Assembly: GCF_003171675.1 (NCBI RefSeq)
Contig: NZ_QFZQ01000001.1
Coordinates: forward strand, 1,094,684-1,118,683
Reading direction: 5' to 3'
Length of the DNA: 24,000 nt
Source of the DNA: Reichenbachiella versicolor
GTDB lineage: Bacteria > Bacteroidota > Bacteroidia > Cytophagales > Cyclobacteriaceae
The notes under the pieces were generated by a model, which searched no databases, had not been told where the DNA came from, and was given only the letters and a program-made list of their open reading frames with translations. Shown piece by piece: positions 16,102 to 23,320 of this stretch. Both the position numbers and the translations under genes were made by a program. Position 1 is the stretch's first letter; each line of letters starts with the position of its first letter.

Positions 16102-16329
16102 ATGCAGAAGTCAACCGTAAATGCTCAAGTAACCGATTCACTAACTGAGACCAATACTTTGGTAGTGGGGCAAGCACCATCAGTGGCGGTAAGTACGCTC
16201 TATCAAGCGACTGCTCAGGCGATGGGTAATGCTGCTCACAATTCGACGGTGATTCAGCAGCAAGGAAGTATAGTAGCGCAAGCTGTAGGAGCACAGGCTG
16301 TTAATCTAGTCTATTCGATCAAGTTTTAA
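16102..16329 (+). CDS. RebB-family R-body protein, short divergent paralog (75 aa, lacks the C-terminal DTA..G.AT tail)
   Basis: MQKSTVNAQVTDSLTETNTLVVGQAPSVAVSTLYQATAQAMGNAAHNS... has the same N-terminal and core motifs as the four downstream paralogs. Confidence 0.75.
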   Translation: MQKSTVNAQVTDSLTETNTLVVGQAPSVAVSTLYQATAQAMGNAAHNSTVIQQQGSIVAQAVGAQAVNLVYSIKF

Positions 16330-16453
16330 TCGCAAGGCGATGGCATGTTGAGTTAGTTGATCAAACGCTGAAGATAGAGATATCACTAAGCTTTGAAGCA
16401 AAAAAGAAAGAATAAGAAAAGTAAAATAATTCATTAATTAAAATTCGAAAATT

Positions 16454-16723
16454 ATGGCTCAGAATACACCAGTCAACAGCCAGATTACCGACTCGGTAAC
16501 TCAGGCAAACACAAAGGTACTAGGCGATGCAGCTGCGGTAGCTATGGGAAACCTCTATCAAGCGACTGCACAAGCACTAGGTAATGCAGCACACAACTCT
16601 GCTACTGCGATACAGCAAACTAATGTAACTGCTCAGGCAGCTACTACTATGGGAGTGGCGACGTTGTACGCTATCGATACGGCATCTACTGGGGTAGCTA
16701 CCTCTAAGGTTCTTAATTCCTAA
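16454..16723 (+). CDS. rebB: RebB-family R-body ('killing trait') structural protein, paralog 2
   Basis: VNSQITDSVTQANTKVLGDAAAVAMGNLYQATAQALGNAAHNS...TAQAATTMGVATLYAIDTASTG carries the signature I recall for RebA/RebB/RebD of Caedibacter (NSQITD.VTQ.N.KV.G..PA.AMG.LYQ). Confidence 0.85.
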   Translation: MAQNTPVNSQITDSVTQANTKVLGDAAAVAMGNLYQATAQALGNAAHNSATAIQQTNVTAQAATTMGVATLYAIDTASTGVATSKVLNS

Positions 16724-16754
16724 AAATAAATTGTTAAACTAAAATCGAAATCAA

Positions 16755-17024
16755 ATGGCATTTCCAACCGCAGTAAACAGTCAGATAACTGACTCAGTTA
16801 CTCAAGCAAATGTGATGAGCCTGGGCGTTGCTCCAGCTGTTGCAATGGCCAATTTATACCAGGCAACAGCACAAGCATTAGCCAACGCTGCTCACAATGC
16901 GACTACTAGTCAGCAACAAACCAATATCACAGCGCAAGCTGCAACAGCTCAAGGAGTGGCTCTATTGTATTCTTTGGATACGGCTGCCACAGGCATAGCT
17001 ACTAAAGACATCTTAAATAGCTAA
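16755..17024 (+). CDS. rebB: RebB-family R-body structural protein, paralog 3
   Basis: MAFPTAVNSQITDSVTQANVMSLGVAPAVAMANLYQATAQALANAAHNATTSQQQTNITAQAATAQGVALLYSLDTAATG. Confidence 0.85.
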   Translation: MAFPTAVNSQITDSVTQANVMSLGVAPAVAMANLYQATAQALANAAHNATTSQQQTNITAQAATAQGVALLYSLDTAATGIATKDILNS

Positions 17025-17107
17025 CTATAAGATAAAGACTATCAATGGTTTAATACTATTGATAGTAAGTGAAAATACATTTAAATAAACCAATAAACAT
17101 TTCAATT

Positions 17108-17377
17108 ATGGCATTTCCTACATCAGTTAATGATCAAATCACAGATTCAGTTACCCAAGCCAATACCAAAGTATTGGGTGACGCTCCTTCGGTAGCTTTA
17201 GGTAATCTTTATCAGGCTACAGCACAGGCACTGGCAAACGCTGCTCACAACGCAACGACTAGTCAGTCACAAACCAATGTTACTGCTCAGGCAGCGACAA
17301 CTATGGGTGTCACGACGCTATATGCGATAGATACTGCTTCTACAGGAGTAGCAACTAGCGACATCTTGAATTCTTAA
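17108..17377 (+). CDS. rebB: RebB-family R-body structural protein, paralog 4
   Basis: The track ORF starts at GTG 17069. The internal ATG at 17108 gives MAFPTSVNDQITDSVTQANTKVLGDAPSVALGNLYQ..., collinear with the other 88-89 aa paralogs. Confidence 0.85.
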   Translation: MAFPTSVNDQITDSVTQANTKVLGDAPSVALGNLYQATAQALANAAHNATTSQSQTNVTAQAATTMGVTTLYAIDTASTGVATSDILNS

Positions 17378-17427
17378 TCAGTAAACAATTTCATTTAAAT
17401 TTTTTTACAACTTAAATTTTATCAATC

Positions 17428-17694
17428 ATGGCTTTTCCAACTGCAGTTAATAGTCAAATAACAGACTCAGTAACCCAGGCAAATACTAAAGTATTGGGTG
17501 ATGCTCCATCGGTAGCAATGGGTAACCTGTATCAAGCAACAGCGCAAGCTTTAGCTAATGCAGCTCACAATGCTACTACTAATCAGCAGCAAGCTAATAT
17601 CACAGCTCAAGCAGCTACTACTCAAGGTGTAGCTACGCTATATGCTATCGATACAGCTTCTACTGGTAAGGCGACTAGCAAAATATTTGCTTAG
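17428..17694 (+). CDS. rebB: RebB-family R-body structural protein, paralog 5
   Basis: MAFPTAVNSQITDSVTQANTKVLGDAPSVAMGNLYQATAQALANAAHNATTNQQQANITAQAATTQGVATLYAIDTASTG. Confidence 0.85.
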   Translation: MAFPTAVNSQITDSVTQANTKVLGDAPSVAMGNLYQATAQALANAAHNATTNQQQANITAQAATTQGVATLYAIDTASTGKATSKIFA

Positions 17695-17714
17695 TCCTAC
17701 CTACACATTGAATT

Positions 17715-17816
17715 GAAATACAAACAGGTATAGGCATTTCCGGTTTTTCATCTAGAAATGAATCTGATCGGGATTGTTACCTAATGATAGACTTAGATGC
17801 TTTCCTGTTTGTATTC
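17715..17816 (+). promoter_or_regulatory. Long-range inverted repeat between the reb paralog array and the downstream accessory genes (possible attenuator or processing site)
   Basis: gaaatacaaacagg (17715-17728) pairs with cctgtttgtattc (17804-17816). Pairing extends imperfectly (ggcat / atgc). The loop is about 75 nt and there is no T-run. Confidence 0.3.
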
Positions 17817-17846
17817 TTTAGATACTGAATCAAAAAGCAACTAATC

Positions 17847-18401
17847 ATGTCATCTCCAAAGCCTCAGCAGAACCATCCCGCCGAACAAGATTTGGCGGTA
17901 TTTGATGAAAGTAAAAAGCAATTTCAACATGAGTTGGAAGTGCTAAAGAGTCAGACAGAGATGGCTAGACAAAAGACTTTAGCATCTATTAAAGAAGGTA
18001 TTCTCAAAGCTAAGCAGGACGGCCTTCACCAAACTTTATTTCCAGGAACTGATTTATTCAAAGACATGTCACAAAAACAAAATCAAGAACAAGTATCTAA
18101 CGCTAACGATCCAACACCACAAATAGCTAATGCTCAAGAGGCTATGGCTTACACTGATGATCACATGAAGGAGTTGATTAACAATATGTCCAATCAACTA
18201 AAGTCCGCTATGACTGGTGCTACTCAGGCCACTGAAGAGGCTAAAAAGATAACAGGACTAGCCAATGATAATATGAAGCAAGCTGTCCAAGCAGAACAAA
18301 GCACTATCAATCATAGCAATGAGACTGTGCAGCAAGAAATGCTAAAAGCACAAGAAGCCGTGGCTAAGACCATTAACAGTGAACCTTCTAACGAAGCATA
18401 A
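17847..18401 (+). CDS. Hypothetical Q/A/E/K-rich, probably coiled-coil protein (184 aa)
   Basis: Heptad-like helical low-complexity sequence (ELEVLKSQTEMARQKTLASIKEGILKAKQ; MKQAVQAEQSTINHSNETVQQEMLKAQEAVAK). No TM and no catalytic motif. Confidence 0.55.
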   Translation: MSSPKPQQNHPAEQDLAVFDESKKQFQHELEVLKSQTEMARQKTLASIKEGILKAKQDGLHQTLFPGTDLFKDMSQKQNQEQVSNANDPTPQIANAQEAMAYTDDHMKELINNMSNQLKSAMTGATQATEEAKKITGLANDNMKQAVQAEQSTINHSNETVQQEMLKAQEAVAKTINSEPSNEA

Positions 18402-18431
18402 TTTTTCAAACATAAAACAAGCTCTATCAAC

Positions 18432-20327
18432 ATGCCTATTCAAGAGATACAATCATTAGCCCAATTTGCTGATGAGACATTAGTTCTCGTTGGCAAAGCC
18501 AATCAATCATCGGCAAGCGAGATGACTCCATACCTACAAGAGTGGAGTCAAAAACTATCGCAAGCCGTTACAGGTATGGGGGCTTCTAACCAAGTACAAT
18601 TAATAAAAGAACAGTTCAATCTGGACGATCAATCCATTGCATTTATCCTACTCACCTTATTGCCAGCACTGGATACTAAGTATACAGACTTCTTCAAGGA
18701 AGCTTCATCAAACCCTGCAAGAAAAATACCCACTATTGATTTGGTGAGCTCTTTGATGTGTGATAGTTACGATCAAAAAACGACTTTCATCAATCAGCTA
18801 AGAGATGATTCTCCGATCTTCAAATGGAGAATGCTAAAAAGGCTAGGAGATGATTTTATCCAATCTGAGTTACTTCCTGGAAAGGATTTGGTGTTGCATT
18901 TGGCTTCTACCAATGAGCTCACAAGAGACGCATCTGGACTGGTCAGCCAAATAACAAAGCCAGCGCTAGGCATACCCGCAGATCAGGTAAAGAACAAGCC
19001 TATCGGTCAGATTATTAGTATTATTGGAGGAATCGATGCTCGAAGGAAATCTTATGCCTTCAACTGTAGTCAAATGCTACAAAGACCATTGTATCAATTC
19101 AATGCTGAACTTTTTCAGTCGATCAAAGATCCAGTGGGAGAGTTGACTGAGACCTTGCTCTTTGTGATGCTTAGAAACGGAGTACTCTATTGGGAAGATG
19201 GTATATCTACTTTTCAAGAACAAGCTGATGTAGCCAAGCTCATTCGCTCATGGTTAAGCATGAAGAATAGCCTGTTGATTGTAGGACAAGACGAACATAA
19301 AACGCTACCTACTATATTCAAGAATATTAATACCGATTCAGTTACACTGGTCAAGGCTGATCAGAAGATCAATCAGTTGATATGGGAAAGTGTAGGCAAT
19401 GAGTTTTTGCAAGTCACCAATGTCGATTATAAGCAGCTCAGCAATACTTATACAACCGACTACACTCGGATAGAAGAAACCATGCGCCGAGCCGCTGAGG
19501 GGAAAGAAAAAACTGGAGTTGCAGTGACGACCGAGGCGGTTATTAGTGATTATTTGGCTACAAGTCCTGAGAAAGTTACGGACATGGCTAGCAGAGATCA
19601 TTCGTCCTATAGCTTCGAAGATATGATTCTGCCCAAGGATACACAGTCAGGCATTGATCATCTGGTAAAAGCCTATCAACAAAGGGCTAAAGTGAACCCA
19701 GCTCATCCTGCGGGTATCATAGCCATATTTGAAGGAGCTAAAGGTACAGGCAAAACTATGGCAGCGATATGTTTAGCCAATCAGCTAGGGATACCACTCT
19801 ACAAGGTTGATTACAGTGCGTTGGTTGGAGTATCTCAAGATGCTGAGAAGACGCTCAATCTATTGTTTGCAGAAGCAGAACGAAATACGGCTTTATTGCT
19901 ATTCGATAATGCTGACAATTTGTTTACTGAGTCGGAGACTTCCGATACGCATCGTGCACTGATATCTACCTTGATTCAAAAAATGGAGTCCTATGGCTGT
20001 TTGATCCTATTGGCCACGAGTGATAAGCCAAAGGTCAGTAAGGAATTGTTCCAGAGAGCCTTGATGCAAGTAGACTTTCCAGTTTTAAATAGTAAGGATC
20101 AGTATGCCTTGTTTACTAAGATTTTGGCTCAAAAAGGAATAAAAATTAAGAATGAAAGCCAGCTTCAAGACATGGTTAAAAAGCTAGGCGCCAATGGAAG
20201 ACAAATCCAGAATATAGTACAAAATGCCATCATTTCATCGGATGGAGAGCATGTTCCACTGCAAGAATTAGAAATCACAGCCAATGACCTAGCTAAGGCC
20301 ATTGATTTAGAAAAAAAGAAACAATAA
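18432..20327 (+). CDS. AAA+ ATPase (single C-terminal AAA module, ~430 aa unknown N-terminal region) with degenerate Walker B
   Basis: Walker A is GAKGTGKT (19734..19757). Walker B is LLLFDN (19893..19910), with Asn where the catalytic Glu is expected (FDNADNLF versus the usual FDEADALF). The sensor-1 region is LILLATSDKP. A second region of homology is RALMQVDFPVLNSKDQYALF. Confidence 0.8.
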   Translation: MPIQEIQSLAQFADETLVLVGKANQSSASEMTPYLQEWSQKLSQAVTGMGASNQVQLIKEQFNLDDQSIAFILLTLLPALDTKYTDFFKEASSNPARKIPTIDLVSSLMCDSYDQKTTFINQLRDDSPIFKWRMLKRLGDDFIQSELLPGKDLVLHLASTNELTRDASGLVSQITKPALGIPADQVKNKPIGQIISIIGGIDARRKSYAFNCSQMLQRPLYQFNAELFQSIKDPVGELTETLLFVMLRNGVLYWEDGISTFQEQADVAKLIRSWLSMKNSLLIVGQDEHKTLPTIFKNINTDSVTLVKADQKINQLIWESVGNEFLQVTNVDYKQLSNTYTTDYTRIEETMRRAAEGKEKTGVAVTTEAVISDYLATSPEKVTDMASRDHSSYSFEDMILPKDTQSGIDHLVKAYQQRAKVNPAHPAGIIAIFEGAKGTGKTMAAICLANQLGIPLYKVDYSALVGVSQDAEKTLNLLFAEAERNTALLLFDNADNLFTESETSDTHRALISTLIQKMESYGCLILLATSDKPKVSKELFQRALMQVDFPVLNSKDQYALFTKILAQKGIKIKNESQLQDMVKKLGANGRQIQNIVQNAIISSDGEHVPLQELEITANDLAKAIDLEKKKQ

Positions 20328-20332
20328 CTGAT

Positions 20333-20668
20333 ATGAAACCTGAAGATTTTCCTATAGCTAGTATTATTAAGCCAGAACCTGTTGAGAATGAGTCTAAGCC
20401 TAATAATGATTCTTCTTCACCTATTTCTAAGATGCCCGAAAATGATGAGAATACAGTTTCGAGCCCAAGCGCATCATCCTCAAATGCGAATCAGAATGAA
20501 AACAACTTGAATTCTGCTAGCGCTGAACCTGAAGTAACTAATGCAGAAAATAAACAAGAGGATACGCGAGTGAACACCACGGAAAAAGCCCCCATATCTA
20601 ATGGATCATGGGAGTTAACATTTGAAGAAAATTTATTTCTTCTGGAATTCGACCTTTTCAATGAATAA
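20333..20668 (+). CDS. Acidic, Ser/Asn/Glu-rich low-complexity protein with a short hydrophobic C-terminal motif
   Basis: 111 aa, predicted disordered (NNDSSSPISKMPENDENTVSSPSASSSNANQNENNLNSASAEPE), ending in WELTFEENLFLLEFDLFNE. It starts 5 nt after the AAA+ stop. Confidence 0.5.
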   Translation: MKPEDFPIASIIKPEPVENESKPNNDSSSPISKMPENDENTVSSPSASSSNANQNENNLNSASAEPEVTNAENKQEDTRVNTTEKAPISNGSWELTFEENLFLLEFDLFNE

Positions 20669-20681
20669 TTAAATAGAACCA

Positions 20682-22043
20682 ATGAGACTTTTTATATACA
20701 AAAACAACAGACTACTAGATGTTATAAAGTCTAGTTATACTGGTCAATCAACACTGTCAGATGTATTTAGTCCTACGATTACTTCTAAGTATTTATTGGA
20801 TAAGGATAAGGGTACGGGTACGGATACAAGAGAATCAATATTTTGGGCAACAGCCATGCTGGCCATAAAAGCAGTGAAATTCAAAGCTTCAATAAATGTT
20901 CTAAAAAATATTGCTAAGGAGGATAATTCTGGTCGGACTATTCTAGTAGATCAATCTTCAAGCACAAAAGAATCAAACGGTTATGATTTCTATCTTGATC
21001 GAGATACAGGCTGGTGTGCTCTAGCAAAAAACTATACTATTTATCGCGAAATAGGAGGAGCAGGAAATATCCCAGATAAGAATTCTTATTTGCAGTCTGT
21101 ACAAACCCCTCCTTGGCTGGACTACAAAAATCATTATGGATTTTTCTCAACTGATGGGTCTGAGAGTTTCGCAAAGAAGTTGATTAAAGGAGAGGAGTCT
21201 ATAATTCCTTTTGGAGCAGGTAATTTCTATGGAGAGAAGTTTGCCATGACTTTGAATCATTTGCAGGATATGTCTAGAGTATCAATGCTAGTGTCTGAAA
21301 CGGTCAGAGCAGTTTTAATAGTCGAATGGCCTGCGGCAGTATATGATGTTTCAATATTTAGCTACATACAAGGAGAAGATCAAAAGAAAACAGCCCTAAA
21401 CGAGTATAACAAGTTTATGAAAGAAATGGATGTGTCTCACCAAGATATAAGCGCTTTCAATTATCCATCAACTCCTGCCATCGGAACAGATTCTTTTTTG
21501 GACAAATTGCAAAGAGTTGAATTATACATTATAGCAGCATATCAACAGTTAAAAACATTGATTTCCTGTTATCATTTTGACAACACTTCACTAAATAAAG
21601 AGCTTTATCAAAAAATATGTAGTGGCATTCTTTATGCCTTGAGCAAAGTTTGTAAACATCTTGGAAATCTGATCAGTGGGGCTATTCATTCTGCTTTAGG
21701 GCCTGCGGATCTAGGGATAAGCGATTTAGGTAAAGAACTGTTTAACAGTCTTTCTGATACATTGGATAAGAAGCATGCACTCTATGAAAATGGTGGACAT
21801 TCTGAGGGCGTAAAAGTGGCATTAGATAATATGCTTGATACAATCGTTATCTCTTATGTGATTTTCGATTTATTTCTTCTTAAATGGGGGGTAGCGGAAG
21901 TGGTGACAAAACGAACTCCAGATCAAATTAAAGACAAGTTGGATATGGTTCGTAAACTAATAGTTGCTAAAAATAAAAAAGTGCCGCACTCTGTCATAGA
22001 AAGACTCAAAGAAGAACTTTCTCCACAAATGAAAGGAAAATAG
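20682..22043 (+). CDS. Hypothetical protein (453 aa), no recognisable domain
   Basis: Long ORF starting 13 nt after the upstream stop. There is one hydrophobic stretch near the C-terminus (IVISYVIFDLFLLKWGV). No motif I can name. Confidence 0.6.
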   Translation: MRLFIYKNNRLLDVIKSSYTGQSTLSDVFSPTITSKYLLDKDKGTGTDTRESIFWATAMLAIKAVKFKASINVLKNIAKEDNSGRTILVDQSSSTKESNGYDFYLDRDTGWCALAKNYTIYREIGGAGNIPDKNSYLQSVQTPPWLDYKNHYGFFSTDGSESFAKKLIKGEESIIPFGAGNFYGEKFAMTLNHLQDMSRVSMLVSETVRAVLIVEWPAAVYDVSIFSYIQGEDQKKTALNEYNKFMKEMDVSHQDISAFNYPSTPAIGTDSFLDKLQRVELYIIAAYQQLKTLISCYHFDNTSLNKELYQKICSGILYALSKVCKHLGNLISGAIHSALGPADLGISDLGKELFNSLSDTLDKKHALYENGGHSEGVKVALDNMLDTIVISYVIFDLFLLKWGVAEVVTKRTPDQIKDKLDMVRKLIVAKNKKVPHSVIERLKEELSPQMKGK

Positions 22044-22075
22044 ATCTGTTGAACATTTGAAAATTCAATCATACC

Positions 22076-23311
22076 ATGACACCCACACCTTCTTCACATA
22101 CTACATCAGGGGCACCTATGCCTCCTATGCCGTTAGTAACGGCAAGTCATTCAGGTAGATCTGCTGCAAGCTCTACTGCACCTCCCTCAAGTGCTAGAGA
22201 AATATTACTCATCTGGTTTAACGGAACAGGTACACCAATGGAAGATATGGCGCCTCTATTGACACACCTGCATCTATCACCTAGTCAGATGCAGTCTATT
22301 TCAGGACTGGGAACAGAAGACAACCTCATATCCTCCAAGGCTTTGTCTTCCAATTCAAATCTTCATAGTACAGGAAGCTGGTTTGATCCGACTTCATATA
22401 CGCTATTCAATACAATACTTGGAACCAAGGATACTACAGCAGGGTATGCAGAGAGAAACCAATTCGCGTCTATCAATGCTGTATTTAATACCATAGACAA
22501 GATTTCCACTTCTTCTAGTTCCAATATAGAATTGATCATTGGGGGACATAGTAGAGGAGCGGCAGCAGGAATAATAGGATTTCTATCATCACTATTAGAG
22601 GCTATTTCCAAGGACAAGAGTTTTAGGGAAAGTCCCTTGTACAAGAAAGTGAAGAAAATACACGTGATCTCGGTAGATCCTGTAGCTGGACAACGAGGAA
22701 ACGATTTGACAGGAGGGGAAGATATACGAATAGATCAGCTATATAAAAGCATCCAGAGTAAGTTCGAAAACACCTCTTTGATCAGTACTACTTTATACCA
22801 AGCCAGATTTGATTGTCGAGATGAGTTCAAAGCAGATGATAAATGGTTAAATTATCTAAAAGCCAACTACAACTTTGTCACAGCAACTTCTACTAACCCT
22901 AGTTTTAGGTATTACATAGCAGGTTTTAGGCATTCAATAATGATCTATCCCAATGATGGAGAACTATCAAAATCATTGTATGCCAATACACAAGTAACCC
23001 CATTAAACTTATTGATCAATATCATCAATGATATAGTAGGCAATACGAATACCGCACAGACCATATTTGATCAATTAATAGCCCTAGAAAAGGAAACTGT
23101 TTTCAATCTAAAACTATATCCATTAGGCTATCCAAAATTATCCTACGCTACTTCAGTAGATGGGTATAGCGCCATAGAGAAAGCATTGTCTAAGATATAT
23201 GTTTTCACAGGAACAAGTCTGGTAGATACGGTCAAGGACAAACCAGACAGCATTCTTGTATCAAGTACACCAGTCAACAATAGATACACTTTTTACTTCT
23301 TCAATAAATAA
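22076..23311 (+). CDS. DUF2235 / T6SS Tle1-like alpha/beta hydrolase (candidate phospholipase toxin) with disordered Pro/Ser/Thr/Ala-rich N-terminus
   Basis: LLIWFNGTGT corresponds to the DUF2235 'v.fDGTgN' block. The nucleophile elbow is GGHSRGAAAG (Ser codon 22550..22552; compare GFSRGA in Tle1). The Asp block is HVISVDPVAG and the His block is IAGFRHSIM. The first ~40 aa are MTPTPSSHTTSGAPMPPMPLVTASHSGRSAASSTAPPSSA. There is no signal peptide. Confidence 0.6.
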   Translation: MTPTPSSHTTSGAPMPPMPLVTASHSGRSAASSTAPPSSAREILLIWFNGTGTPMEDMAPLLTHLHLSPSQMQSISGLGTEDNLISSKALSSNSNLHSTGSWFDPTSYTLFNTILGTKDTTAGYAERNQFASINAVFNTIDKISTSSSSNIELIIGGHSRGAAAGIIGFLSSLLEAISKDKSFRESPLYKKVKKIHVISVDPVAGQRGNDLTGGEDIRIDQLYKSIQSKFENTSLISTTLYQARFDCRDEFKADDKWLNYLKANYNFVTATSTNPSFRYYIAGFRHSIMIYPNDGELSKSLYANTQVTPLNLLINIINDIVGNTNTAQTIFDQLIALEKETVFNLKLYPLGYPKLSYATSVDGYSAIEKALSKIYVFTGTSLVDTVKDKPDSILVSSTPVNNRYTFYFFNK

Positions 23312-23320
23312 TCAACCACT

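Noticed and set aside
16088-16294. 68 aa ORF antisense to the first rebB paralog
   Set aside because: It is a shadow of a CDS with a clear family signature.
16102-17694. Periodic ~300-330 bp repetition, which could suggest a CRISPR-like or satellite array or tandem RiPP precursor genes
   Set aside because: The units are complete protein-coding paralogs with the RebB signature, and their nucleotide identity is low at synonymous sites. There are no short direct repeats with unique spacers, and no RiPP modification enzyme, protease or ABC exporter nearby.
13799-20327. Gas-vesicle cluster hypothesis (tandem small structural genes plus AAA+ protein, like gvpA repeats plus gvpN)
   Set aside because: The small proteins lack the hydrophobic GvpA core motif and instead carry the NSQITDSVTQ / LYQATAQ Reb motifs. 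No GvpF/L, GvpK or GvpJ-like genes are recognisable.
19338-22644. Minus-strand ORFs 19338..19601, 20491..20682 and 22363..22644
   Set aside because: Each is embedded antisense in a longer plus-strand CDS of the co-directional block, and none has motifs.
18432-23311. Contractile injection system (eCIS/T6SS) hypothesis, prompted by an Afp15-like AAA+ module and a Tle1-like effector
   Set aside because: No sheath, tube, baseplate, spike (VgrG/PAAR) or tape-measure-like ORFs are visible in the window. The only structural family present is RebB. The window ends at 24 kb, so downstream genes were not seen.
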